Shown piece by piece: positions 19,551 through 29,108 of a stretch of DNA of 64,000 bases. Within the stretch, counting starts at the first letter, position 1, and each line of letters opens with the position of its first letter. Position numbers and translations under genes: made by a program. The stretch is from an uncultured delta proteobacterium (GTDB taxonomy: Bacteria; Desulfobacterota; Syntrophobacteria; BM002), in NCBI GenBank assembly GCA_963712115.1, contig CAVQGX010000030.1, positions 32,001-96,000 of the forward strand. The letters run 5' to 3'. The notes below the pieces were generated by a model. The model saw only the letters and a list, made by a program, of their open reading frames with translations. It had not been told where the DNA came from and did not search any database.

Positions 19551-20096
19551 ATGGAGGAAGTGCATCATGAAACGTTGCTTGATTACCTGAACAGCTTTAA
19601 AGGCTTAGGAGCCAAGCAGTTTCTGGAAACATATACCCATCCGTTCTTGGTGGAGAATTATCTGGCCCCCTCCAGTAAAATAAAGCTAGGCAGGGTGGAA
19701 ACCATCACCGAATTTGAACTGAATGATACTCTTCCGGTAAGTGGCAAAGGAGAAGATGAAGCTATTCTGCAAGCACGAGTGATACCCCTGGAAAAGAGAG
19801 AAATAGGTTCCTCTGAGCGCATGATTTTCGTGGGGCGTGCCGACAATAACGATATAGTCCTGGCAAACAAGATGGTATCAAAACTTCACGCTTACTTTTG
19901 TCAAGTTCCCGGCAGCGGAGTTATGCAATTAGTTGACATGACTTCTACCAACGGTACTTTTGTCAATGGCACCAGACTCTCGCCGTCAGTGAAGTCAAGT
20001 TTGCAGGACGAAGATGTAATTTCCTTTGGTCCCGAAACCAAACTAGAATATTTCAGCCCTGCCTTCTTCTGTCAACTCCTTCAGGAGCTTTCCTAA
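19551..20096 (+). CDS. FHA-domain protein
   Basis: VGR..NDI, VSKLHA, STNGTFVNG. Confidence 0.9.
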   Translation: MEEVHHETLLDYLNSFKGLGAKQFLETYTHPFLVENYLAPSSKIKLGRVETITEFELNDTLPVSGKGEDEAILQARVIPLEKREIGSSERMIFVGRADNNDIVLANKMVSKLHAYFCQVPGSGVMQLVDMTSTNGTFVNGTRLSPSVKSSLQDEDVISFGPETKLEYFSPAFFCQLLQELS

Positions 20097-20288
20097 CCCG
20101 GATATCTCATGAATAACTTGCTGCGACCACGGATATGGCCGTCCCTCCAGGCGTCCTCGGGTGTCGGCCCCTGCGACGTACCGTTCAGGTACGCCTCGGA
20201 ACCAATCCCGCGGTACCGCGGGACGGTTACCAGGTGGCCCGCCCATCTTCGCGCTCTCGCGACAGCAATTCATGAAATATCCGGGTTG
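20094..20288. mobile_element. MITE-like palindromic element copy 1 (short form)
   Basis: TAACCCGGATATCTCATGAAT...ATTCATGAAATATCCGGGTT; left end is the FHA stop codon. Confidence 0.8.
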
Positions 20289-20355
20289 ACTCGCGTATTT
20301 CGTGGGTTGTCCTTCGGTTGGTTTAAAAGATTAAGCACTCTAGTTAATAATTTTC

Positions 20356-20384
20356 TTGACCAATTAATCACAATAAGGTAAATT
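20356..20384 (+). promoter_or_regulatory. Sigma70 promoter with no downstream CDS
   Basis: TTGACC, 17 nt, TAAATT. Confidence 0.5.
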
Positions 20385-20390
20385 GTCCAA

Positions 20391-20470
20391 CATAGGGAGA
20401 TGCCAGTCTCCCTTGGTGCCCCTTGCCCCTATCGGCCACCGTGCGCCGGGCCGATAGGGGATCTTTTTTT
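20391..20470 (+). ncRNA. Candidate ~80-nt small RNA
   Basis: Promoter upstream; hairpin AGGGAGA-TGCCAG-TCTCCCT; terminator CCCCTATCGGCC...GGCCGATAGGGG plus T7 on the + strand. Confidence 0.5.
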
Positions 20471-20479
20471 GGGGTCCAA

Positions 20480-21451
20480 TCAATAGAAAATTGTCCGCGT
20501 TCGATGATAGGGCAGGGCGCGATAAGCATCCTCTTGCCCCAAATACCAGAGCCAGTTATCTAACTGAGCGGAATTTACCCTGAGGCCCTGGTTGGTTAGC
20601 TTTTGCCGAAGTAGTTCCACAGCCCAAATAGTTGCCGCGCGAATCTCCACTTCTTGAGGACTACCCGCGGGTATATGCACTAGGTTCTGGATGAGGTTTG
20701 CCAATTTTGGTTTGTAGTGAAGTATAGCCAGATGGCGAAGGACCTGGGGTAATTTGTAATCAGCGAAACCGGTGAGGTGTTCCAGATCAGAGAAATTTCC
20801 CCAGGACTGACCCGAGAAAGTGCACCGAAGATCGTGCACCAGCAATTGGGCGCGTTTGTAAAAATAGACCTGCTTGCCGCCGTAGGTAGCTGTGTCGTTG
20901 AAACTAGGAAACTCCCTTGCTAACAAATCAACCAACTTTGTGGCTGAACCGCCAGCCTCCTCAAGCACATGAATAAAGCTCCCCTTGAATCGATCTATTA
21001 GAACCCGTCCGGCTTGACGAAGATTTTTCAGTCGTTCCTCAAAGAGGGGAATCCTACCTCTCCCCCGAAAGATGTGGGCCAGGGTCTGTGAGTCCAGGTC
21101 AGCAAGAGTTGTTGCCCGGTGGATGGGAAATCCCTCCTCGATAGCACGTTTTAGACTGGCAGCCAGCGCCCAGTAACCGGAGAGCGCTTCGTTGTTGTAA
21201 TGAACAGTCCAGCGGGGGGAGCCCACATCTGGCCAGAAGCAATGGTTGACAGTATCAAGCAGGAAAAGCCACTCTGCGGTGGCGGCGGTGGAGTCAAAAA
21301 AGTGGTATGGGGCAGGACCAAGGGTGAGGGGCGAGATTGTAAGATGCGAATTATCAGCTAGAAGGTTTGATATGGCCTTAGTGTCAATATGCACATATTT
21401 GCTCTGTTCCACAACTGCCAAACAAGAGGAAAGAACAGAGAGTAGACTCAT
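20480..21451 (-). CDS. Queuosine salvage nucleotide hydrolase (Qng1/DUF2419 family)
   Basis: LDTVNHCFW, GYWAL, FPSFND, FYKRAQL, FADYKLPQVL, EVEIRA, HRTRTIFY. Confidence 0.9.
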   Translation of the reverse strand: MSLLSVLSSCLAVVEQSKYVHIDTKAISNLLADNSHLTISPLTLGPAPYHFFDSTAATAEWLFLLDTVNHCFWPDVGSPRWTVHYNNEALSGYWALAASLKRAIEEGFPIHRATTLADLDSQTLAHIFRGRGRIPLFEERLKNLRQAGRVLIDRFKGSFIHVLEEAGGSATKLVDLLAREFPSFNDTATYGGKQVYFYKRAQLLVHDLRCTFSGQSWGNFSDLEHLTGFADYKLPQVLRHLAILHYKPKLANLIQNLVHIPAGSPQEVEIRAATIWAVELLRQKLTNQGLRVNSAQLDNWLWYLGQEDAYRALPYHRTRTIFY

Positions 21452-21514
21452 GAGCTCTAACGTTTATCGCCAATGGGGTAAGATTTTGCTGCTCTGTCCG
21501 GCGAAATACCTCGA

Positions 21515-21614
21515 GGAGTGTTGGAGTATTGGAGTACTGCAAAGACGTTAATAGACAGATATAGTTTTAAATGAGCTTTTCCATTACTCCATCGCTCCAG
21601 TACTCCATTACTCC
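21515..21614. repeat. Octamer-built palindromic repeat (GGAGTATT / TACTCCA)
   Basis: GGAGTGTTGGAGTATTGGAGTACTG ... CCATTACTCCATCGCTCCAGTACTCCATTACTCC. Confidence 0.75.
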
Positions 21615-21625
21615 CTTCTTTTCGT

Positions 21626-22015
21626 CTAAGAACTGGCTAAGGATGCAGCCTGCAAGGTAATCCGTCGCAGCCTTCGCACCAGGGTGCGGATGATTTTACG
21701 GAAGTCGGGAGAGAGGCTGTCGTATTCCCGCCTTAGTTTGTCACGATCTAAAACCCCTAACTTTACCTCCCCCTCAGCTACCACTGTGGCCGAACGGGGC
21801 TCCTTTCCCAGGTCCAAGAATTCAAGTTCACCGATAAATTCGCCCTCGCCGAGCTTGGCAACGGTAACTTTGCCTTTTGGGGTGCTCTTGGTTACCTTAA
21901 CCTGACCCTCCATGATTACATACACCCAGTCGCTGAATCCTCCTTCGTCGAAGATAACCGTGCCGTCCGGGTGCGATTCTTCATCACGAATATAAAGCAG
22001 ATCTATCACTTGCAT
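21626..22015 (-). CDS. Stand-alone cyclic-nucleotide-binding protein
   Basis: IFDEG, YVIMEG.V, GEFIGE, PRSATVVA; AAGGAG RBS before ATG 22015. Confidence 0.85.
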   Translation of the reverse strand: MQVIDLLYIRDEESHPDGTVIFDEGGFSDWVYVIMEGQVKVTKSTPKGKVTVAKLGEGEFIGELEFLDLGKEPRSATVVAEGEVKLGVLDRDKLRREYDSLSPDFRKIIRTLVRRLRRITLQAASLASS

Positions 22016-22275
22016 CTCCTTCCGCCTTGGCATTAAACTTGGTGAACCACAATAAGTATAGTGTTTTTACTGGCCTTTGTTCAAGCCAAAAGCACAAAGT
22101 TGAAGCTTCCACACCCAGAGGACCTGGCATTGAGTTGGCCTCGGCAGAAGTTTGTGAGGCAGCCACACCGCTTGCTGCAGAAGTAAGTGATGGAGTGACA
22201 GTAATTGCAGAGTTGCAGATTGCAGATTTTAGATTTAAGATTAGTGATTGTGAATATAGATTGAGGAGACAAGCG

Positions 22276-23787
22276 ATGCGAGCTAGTGATTTCCCAGCTG
22301 ATATTCAGCCCCATCTTATTCCTCTTCCTTCAGGTGATCTCGTCTATCGTTGCCTAAAGTGCGAGGAAATCTTTACCATTGAGTCGCTACTCTATACCTG
22401 CCCTGAGTGCAAGAGCATTCTCTTGATTGAAGATCGTCAATGGGAACGGTTGAAAGAGTTCAGCGGATCATTCTGGCGGCGTCTGTTTGACTACCGTAAG
22501 ATGCTCAACCACCCTGCCTTGAAGGGAATTTTCCTTTTCTACGAGATAATTGCCCCAGTGATACCGTTGGAGGACATTATTTACTTGGGTGAGGGTCATA
22601 CCCCGGTAGTTCGGGCGAACGATGGACTGCGAGATTGGGTAGGAGTCGATTTCTACTTCAAAAATGACGGGCAAAACCCGAGCGCTTCTTTTAAAGACAG
22701 AGGCATGGCATGTGCCTTGAGCTATTTGAATTATATTGTCCGCAGTCAAAACTTGACAGAAGTGCTGTCCATATGTGCCTCCACTGGAGATACTTCAGCA
22801 GCCGCAGCTCTCTACTCTGCCTACATGAGCAAAAAGGTTAAATCGGCGGTCCTCTTGCCTCACAAAAAGGTAACGCCCCAACAAATCTCTCAGCCTCTGG
22901 GAAGCGGTGCTCGGGTCTTCGAGATCCCCGGGGTATTTGACGACTGCATGAAGGTAGTAGAGCATCTTGCTGATAATTACCATGTGGCACTGCTCAATTC
23001 AAAGAACGCCTGGCGCATCCAAGGGCAAGAGTCCTACTCCTTTGAAGTAGCTCAGGGCTTTGACTATGACCTGGCAAACAAGGTGGTTATAGTGCCCATC
23101 GGGAATGCTGGTAATATTACCGCGGTTATGGGGGGTTTTCTGAAGCTCCTCGACCTTGGAGTGATAGATACTCTGCCCAAGATTATTGGCGTCCAGTCGG
23201 AGCATGCCGATCCAGTCTATAGGTACTATCGAGAATCCGACCCAAGTAAAAGGATATTTCGTCCTGTGACTGTCAGACCCAGTGTGGCCCAAGCAGCCAT
23301 GATAGGTAATCCCGTTTCCATGCCCAGGGTAATACGTTTGGTTGAAGCTTACGAAAAGGTTCCAGGCAGTCCCGGGGTCTTTGTAGTGCAGGTAGGTGAA
23401 CAGGAGATTATGGACTGCCAACTAATTGCCAACCGAAATGGCCATATCGCTTGTACTCAAGGGGGAGAATGTTTGGCTGGTTTGCTTAGGGCCCGACAAG
23501 AAGGGATTGTATCAGAAGGAGAGGTTGCGGTGCTTGATGCTACCGCTCACGCTCTCAAATTTGCCGGCTTCCAAGAAAACTATTTTGGCGACAAGTTGGA
23601 CGCAGCCTATGAAATTGTGCCGAAAGATGAATTGAGGAATTTCCCCACTCTGATTGAAGCTCCGGGAGTGAAAAGAATGCCCGCACCGGGGAAACCCTTA
23701 CCTGAAAATGAGTTTCAGAATTTCGTGGAGGCAACCGCCAGTGAAATTGCCCGAGAACTTGACCTGAAAGCGAAAGGGTCGGGATAG
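22276..23787 (+). CDS. thrC: Threonine synthase
   Basis: N-terminal CxxC/CPxC, LGEGHTP, NPSASFKDRGM (PLP Lys), CASTGDTSA, VPIGNAGN; GAGGAG RBS. Confidence 0.92.
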   Translation: MRASDFPADIQPHLIPLPSGDLVYRCLKCEEIFTIESLLYTCPECKSILLIEDRQWERLKEFSGSFWRRLFDYRKMLNHPALKGIFLFYEIIAPVIPLEDIIYLGEGHTPVVRANDGLRDWVGVDFYFKNDGQNPSASFKDRGMACALSYLNYIVRSQNLTEVLSICASTGDTSAAAALYSAYMSKKVKSAVLLPHKKVTPQQISQPLGSGARVFEIPGVFDDCMKVVEHLADNYHVALLNSKNAWRIQGQESYSFEVAQGFDYDLANKVVIVPIGNAGNITAVMGGFLKLLDLGVIDTLPKIIGVQSEHADPVYRYYRESDPSKRIFRPVTVRPSVAQAAMIGNPVSMPRVIRLVEAYEKVPGSPGVFVVQVGEQEIMDCQLIANRNGHIACTQGGECLAGLLRARQEGIVSEGEVAVLDATAHALKFAGFQENYFGDKLDAAYEIVPKDELRNFPTLIEAPGVKRMPAPGKPLPENEFQNFVEATASEIARELDLKAKGSG

Positions 23788-23807
23788 TCGATGAATCTTT
23801 CATACAA

Positions 23808-24066
23808 AGCATGGAGCATAGGGCATAGAGCATAGGGCATAGAGCATAGAGTAAGGAGCCAGAAGTCGGAGGTCAGAGATCGGAGGACAGACGACAGACG
23901 ACGGATGCATTCAAGTTCAAGGTTCAAAGTTCCAAGTCCAGAGCTAAGAATGAACGGTTTCCACTGCTCACGGCTTACCGCTTACTTTAGGTTTTAACGG
24001 TTTAAACGATTTGAACGGCTTGAAAGAGTTGACTTTACGCTGTGCGTTTGGCGTTCTGCGCTCTGC
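23808..24066. repeat. Mosaic of short tandem repeats (AGCATAG heptamers, family A half-site, TTGAACGAT-type 9-mers)
   Basis: AGCATGG AGCATAG GGCATAG AGCATAG GGCATAG AGCATAG; AGAAGTCGGAGGTCAGAGATCGG; TTTAACGGTTTAAACGATTTGAACGG. Confidence 0.75.
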
Positions 24067-24097
24067 GGCAGACTCTTTTTGCACTTTGTGGTAAAAA

Positions 24098-24388
24098 TCA
24101 CCCCTCGACGCTCTGAGACAAGTTGCCTAGGCTTCGGCAGGTTTTTTCCAGAGTTGCAGATGGATTGAGGTAATATTGCCGCATTTGATTGGCATCGAGT
24201 GCCTCGAATATTATGCGATGGCGGTCAAGTTCCTCCAAAGCGCTGACTAGCGACTCGGGTCTGTCATTCCAAAATGTTCCCGCCGACTCAATAGTAATCG
24301 GCGTACCACTTTCGGCAAGATTGCAGATTAGTATATAGGCCGAAGTGGCTTCCACAGACAAATTCAAACTAAAAATCTTCCGATCCAT
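24098..24388 (-). CDS. Hypothetical protein (possible winged-helix-like)
   Basis: 96-aa ORF with plausible composition; no firm motif. Confidence 0.65.
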   Translation of the reverse strand: MDRKIFSLNLSVEATSAYILICNLAESGTPITIESAGTFWNDRPESLVSALEELDRHRIIFEALDANQMRQYYLNPSATLEKTCRSLGNLSQSVEG

Positions 24389-24464
24389 GACCTTAGATCT
24401 CCTTGTTCTCTAGCGGGTAGCAGGGGCTATAATAATATCTTATGAAGCACAAGGAAAGACTTCG

Positions 24465-24784
24465 AGCCCGGATATTTCATGAATTCACGCCCTGGCGTGA
24501 CTGCGACCACGGATATGGCCGTCCTTCCTGGCGTCCTCGGGTGTCAGCCCCTGCGACGTACCGTTCAGGTACGCCTCGGCTTCGATCTTGGATTTCGGAT
24601 TTCGGATCTCGGGTTTTTGACTACAATTGATGATAATGAACTCAACAGTTCAGGTTTTGCCATTTGTTCTCTGGTTCTCACAAAATTTTCAGCAAATTTT
24701 CAATCCGCATTCCGCAATGGTCGACCCGGTGGCACGCCCATCTTCGTGGTCTCGCGACAGCAATTCATATAATATCCGGACTAG
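24465..24784. mobile_element. MITE-like element copy 2 (long form)
   Basis: AGCCCGGATATTTCATGAATT...AATTCATATAATATCCGGACT with internal ~130-nt extra segment. Confidence 0.8.
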
Positions 24785-25006
24785 ACGATTAAATGTTGAA
24801 CACTCTGGATCTTTCACCGTTTTTTGCATAGGTCAGTCCACCCCAAAAGAGGGTATGTCACTAAAAATGGCGCTAATATGATTACATTTTTGTAGTTGCA
24901 AGTGATTTTGTTATTGAGTATGTTTTTTTTGATTCAAACACCTTCACCTAATACTTTCGCAGGGTTTGTGGAGGACGGTGAAAGATATTTAGGACAGGAT
25001 AAAGCA

Positions 25007-27310
25007 ATGGCAAATGTCTATGATAACGTCCTAGAGCTAATCGGCAACACACCTTTGATTCGGGTAAACCGCCTCAATTCCAATGCAAAGGTGACCATTT
25101 ATGCCAAGCTGGAGTCTCGAAACCCCGGTGGTTCAGTTAAGGATCGCATTGCTCTTCAGATGGTCGAGCAGGCGGAGCTTAGAGGAGAGCTTACGCCGGA
25201 AAAGACGATAATCGAGGCCACCAGTGGAAATACTGGCATTGGTTTGGCCGTGGTGGCCGCAGTGAAAGGATATCGCATTACCCTGGCCATGCCTGAGACT
25301 GCCAGTCAGGAGCGTCAGAAGATTCTCAAGGCACTTGGTGCCGAGATCTTACTTACCCCTGGGACCCTAGGAACGGACGGTGCAATCGAAAAGGTTTATG
25401 AGCTGGCACGCCAGTTTCCAGGTCGCTATTTCATGCCTGACCAGTTCAATAATGAAGACAACTGGAAGGCGCACTATTTCTCAACTGCCAAGGAAATCTG
25501 GGAACAGACTGAGGGTAAAGTTACTCATGTTATAGCAACTCTTGGCACTACCGGCACGGCTATCGGCATAACGAAACGCTTGAAAGAGTACGACCAGGAC
25601 ATCTGCGTTATTGCTGTGGAGCCCTATATGGGACACAAAATTCAAGGGCTCAAGAATATGAAAGAGTCATATGTTCCCGGGATTTTTGACAAAGAAATCT
25701 TGGATGAGATAGTTCATATTGAGGACGCCGAGGCTTTCGAAACAGCCAGGAGACTGGCCCGGGAAGAAGGCCTTTTTGTGGGAATGAGCGGTGGGGCTTC
25801 CATGGCGGCGGCCCTCCGCACTGCAAGCACCTTGGAAGGGGGATACATTGTGGCCATCCTCCCCGATGGTGGTGAACGTTATCTCAGCACGAACCTATTT
25901 ACCACTCTGTCGGAGCCGGATTTTCGCTTTTACAATACCTTCTCGCGTCAAAAAGAAGAATTCAAGCCGATCTCGGAAGGCAAAATCTCTCTTTTTACCA
26001 CCGGTCCAACGGTGGGGGAATCACTCGAGCTAACCGAGAGTCGCCGTTTGGTGGTGGCCGATCTCCTCCGGAGGTATTTGGAATATAAGGGTTTTGAGGT
26101 AAGCCAAGTGGTCAACATAACCGACATGGGAGAAAAAGCCATATTGGATTCTAGTTATGACTTAGATACTGACGCCGAGCGGTACATGGAGATCTGCCGG
26201 CGGGATACAGAAGTCTTGGGTGTACAACCGGCCACTTACTATCCCCGCACAAGCGAACACGTGGATGATATTCTGAACATTAGCAAGGCATTGATGGAAA
26301 AGGGTGTCGCCTACGAAAAACTCCGTTCGGTATATTTTGACATCTCCAAATTCGCTGACTACGGTAAACTATCTCGGGTGGATCTGCAAAAAATAAGGCT
26401 GGGTAAGACCGTTGACCTTGAAGCTTATGAGAAGGAGAACCCCCGTGATTTCACTCTCCTTAGACGGGCTACTCTGGCCGAGCTGAAACGGGGGATCTAT
26501 TTAAAAACCACCTGGGGAAACGTGCTGCCCTCCCTGCATCTCGAGACAGTAGCTCTAGCCACTAAACAATTGGGGGTGACCATAGACATTCATGTAAGCA
26601 GTTTAGACTTTTTATTTCCCCACAACGAAAACGAAATCGCCATCGCCCAAGCAGCTACGGGTAAACCTCTCGCCAACTACTACATTCATTGCGAGCGGGT
26701 GCTTATGGATGGCAAGAAGATGTCAAGGGAAGGTGAAGGTAGGGAGACGGTGCAGCAACTGCTAAATCGGGGCTACAGTGGCAGACAGATACGCTACTGG
26801 TTGTTGGCTACACATTATCGTAAGCCACTGCACTATGAAGAGGACAGATTAGAGGAAGTTGCACGGAGTCTGGAACGGTTGGATGAATTTATCCAAAGGT
26901 TGCACCATGTGGTTACAGGCAAGGCTGCTGAGGAGGTCAATCAGTTAATCTATGAAGTTGAGCAGAATTTTGACGAGGCAATGGGCGACGACCTGAACAT
27001 ATCATCAGCCCTTGCTGCTGTCTTCGGTTTTATCCGCAAACTCAATCCATACATTTCCGAGGGCAGTCTGAGCGAGGGCCAAAAGGAAGCGGCACTTGCG
27101 GTGATGGGACGACTGGATTCTGTACTGAATATTATTCACTGCCCTGAGGTTGATCTTGATGAGAAAACCTGTAGACTTCTGGAAGCCAGAGCTGAGGCCA
27201 GACGGAGTAAGCGGTGGGAAGAGGCTGACCGGATTCGCCAAGAACTTCTGGAGCTTGGTATCAGGGTTGTTGATACTCCGGAGGGCACTCGCTGGAAACG
27301 GGCGGACTAA
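25007..27310 (+). CDS. Fusion: PLP cysteine synthase (CysM/CysK-like) + degenerate cysteinyl-tRNA synthetase-like domain
   Basis: N-half IGNTPL, NPGGSVKDR, TSGNTG, GTTGT, PDGGERYLST; C-half FYNTFSRQKEEFKP, NITD, FPHNENE, KMSR, ADRIRQEL..GI.VVDTPEGTRW. Confidence 0.9.
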   Translation: MANVYDNVLELIGNTPLIRVNRLNSNAKVTIYAKLESRNPGGSVKDRIALQMVEQAELRGELTPEKTIIEATSGNTGIGLAVVAAVKGYRITLAMPETASQERQKILKALGAEILLTPGTLGTDGAIEKVYELARQFPGRYFMPDQFNNEDNWKAHYFSTAKEIWEQTEGKVTHVIATLGTTGTAIGITKRLKEYDQDICVIAVEPYMGHKIQGLKNMKESYVPGIFDKEILDEIVHIEDAEAFETARRLAREEGLFVGMSGGASMAAALRTASTLEGGYIVAILPDGGERYLSTNLFTTLSEPDFRFYNTFSRQKEEFKPISEGKISLFTTGPTVGESLELTESRRLVVADLLRRYLEYKGFEVSQVVNITDMGEKAILDSSYDLDTDAERYMEICRRDTEVLGVQPATYYPRTSEHVDDILNISKALMEKGVAYEKLRSVYFDISKFADYGKLSRVDLQKIRLGKTVDLEAYEKENPRDFTLLRRATLAELKRGIYLKTTWGNVLPSLHLETVALATKQLGVTIDIHVSSLDFLFPHNENEIAIAQAATGKPLANYYIHCERVLMDGKKMSREGEGRETVQQLLNRGYSGRQIRYWLLATHYRKPLHYEEDRLEEVARSLERLDEFIQRLHHVVTGKAAEEVNQLIYEVEQNFDEAMGDDLNISSALAAVFGFIRKLNPYISEGSLSEGQKEAALAVMGRLDSVLNIIHCPEVDLDEKTCRLLEARAEARRSKRWEEADRIRQELLELGIRVVDTPEGTRWKRAD

Positions 27311-27312
27311 TA

Positions 27313-28086
27313 TCATTTCCTTAGTTGGCGAATCTCAACATCCGATCCGTTACCTACCACCACAATACGAAGGGAAATGGCTTTTTGCTTCTGGGGATTG
27401 GCCAATCTGTGAACCTCCACCTGACTTTGATCCAAGTGACCTATCCTTTGCAATTCGCGGAGTAGATGGGAAAAACGTTGCCCTGGCACTTCGACATCGA
27501 TCAAACGAGCCGAACTGGAATTAAGGGGGCGAGTAGGCTCCCTTTCCTGTATCATTGAACCGGAGATAGAACGAAGCATAGATTCCAGCTCGCGATCAGC
27601 CCTAGAGAAATCTTTGACTCTGAGGACCATTACCGGGACAGGAGGTTGGCCCGCCCCACGTCTCGTTGTGAACTTGGCCGTTGGCTGACTAGCAGGTTCG
27701 CCTATAATCAAGTTATTATTTTGGTCTGATACAAGAGACCTGAGGGAAAAGGATGGCAGCAGAACCTGCCAGAGGGTAAGGGAGATGACTAATACTACCG
27801 CTGCACCCACCCCCAGTGGGAGCCACCTTGGGAGATAGGTGAAAGGCCAAATAAGCTTTCGCAGGCGACGTTCCTTCAACCTTGCCATTACTACTGCACT
27901 GAGATGTGCGGGAGGATGCAGATTTGGCAGTCGGCTCAAGATTTCCTTGGTTTTCTGCAGAGAGTTCCATTTGCGATAGCAAGACAAGCATTTCCGCAGA
28001 TGGAACTGCAGTGTTTCGCGCTCCTCCAGAGAAAGCTCGCCGTCCAGATAATCATTGAACTGTGATACGTACTTACGGCACTCCAT
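27313..28086 (-). CDS. Zinc-binding (zf-HC2) membrane anti-sigma factor
   Basis: YLDGEL..HLRKCLSC; one TM helix; directly after ECF sigma. Confidence 0.85.
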   Translation of the reverse strand: MECRKYVSQFNDYLDGELSLEERETLQFHLRKCLSCYRKWNSLQKTKEILSRLPNLHPPAHLSAVVMARLKERRLRKLIWPFTYLPRWLPLGVGAAVVLVISLTLWQVLLPSFSLRSLVSDQNNNLIIGEPASQPTAKFTTRRGAGQPPVPVMVLRVKDFSRADRELESMLRSISGSMIQEREPTRPLNSSSARLIDVEVPGQRFSHLLRELQRIGHLDQSQVEVHRLANPQKQKAISLRIVVVGNGSDVEIRQLRK

Positions 28087-28089
28087 GGG

Positions 28090-28713
28090 CTACTCTAGTT
28101 TATCTGCCAAACATTGCTGCAAAGTGGCTCTAGCGCGATGTAGTCGCGATTTCACTGTGCCCGGGTTAAGGGAGAGCATTTCACCCAACTCCTCGTAGGA
28201 AAAACCCTGCACATCTCTCAACACCAATATCTTCCTTGCCTGGGGAGCCATCTGATTAAGGCATTGCTGCACCTGGGTGGCCATGCTTTTCGTCAATGTC
28301 CACTGCTCCGGTGTTGGAGCGCTGTCAGCCAGGAACTCTGGGTTTTCCCAGGGGCTTTCTTCTCTGTACTGTGTTCGCCTGCTCTGCTTGGCAAAAAAGT
28401 CTCTTCTCGATAAGTATTTTATACGATTGCGTGTTTGATTTAGAGCGATCCGATAGAGCCAGGTAGAAAACTTGGACTCGCCGCGAAATCTCCGGATGCC
28501 CCTGAAAGCAGCCACGAAGATATCCTGAGTCAAATCCTCAGCCTCTTCCTCGTTTCCTAACATGCGATAAGTGAAATTGTAGATCTGTTTTTCATGTAGT
28601 CTCATTAGCTGAGCAAAAGAATCTCGGTCTCCTTGTCGACAACGATCAACGAGAAGTTGTTCCTCCTCACGCTTAACAGATCTACTTTGTTGAGCCAAAG
28701 GTCTCGTTCCCAT
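28090..28713 (-). CDS. ECF sigma-70 factor
   Basis: AEDLTQDIF, F.TWLYRIA.N, SYEE..L..GTVKSRLHRAR. Confidence 0.93.
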   Translation of the reverse strand: MGTRPLAQQSRSVKREEEQLLVDRCRQGDRDSFAQLMRLHEKQIYNFTYRMLGNEEEAEDLTQDIFVAAFRGIRRFRGESKFSTWLYRIALNQTRNRIKYLSRRDFFAKQSRRTQYREESPWENPEFLADSAPTPEQWTLTKSMATQVQQCLNQMAPQARKILVLRDVQGFSYEELGEMLSLNPGTVKSRLHRARATLQQCLADKLE

Positions 28714-28879
28714 TTGTGGGGATTAGACAACTACAACCGGAAAAAGTTCTATCCGGTTTCCGTCAAAAAATAACATAAATTACTCCCCTTTGTCCAAAAC
28801 CCAGCTCTTGAACGGATAGGGGGAGGGGGATAAGCTTTTGGGAGCAGTGCAAGTATGAAGTTTTGATGGAATTTTTAAA

Positions 28880-28961
28880 CCGCAGAATATCGAACAAGGA
28901 ATATCGAATATTGAAGTCATCACTTCATGATTCTGCGGTTTCTTGTTCTACATTCGATATT
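28880..28961. repeat. Palindromic AT-rich repeat (GAATATCGAA units)
   Basis: CCGCAGAATATCGAACAAGGAATATCGAATATTGAAGT..ACTTCATGATTCTGCGG..ATTCGATATT. Confidence 0.65.
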
Positions 28962-29108
28962 AAATGGTCTCAACCAGTGGCAATCATCTCTGAAAACAGC
29001 CGTGTCTCAAGTATGTATAGAGATCAACCCGTTGAGGGGGAGGAAATTTTGAGGTTGCCGGGCAATCTCTATCTGGATTTTTCAGTTGTATTTAGAAAGG
29101 CAAACCCA

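Noticed and set aside
22027-22275. N-terminal extension of thrC
   Set aside because: Translated repeat DNA; RBS supports 22276.
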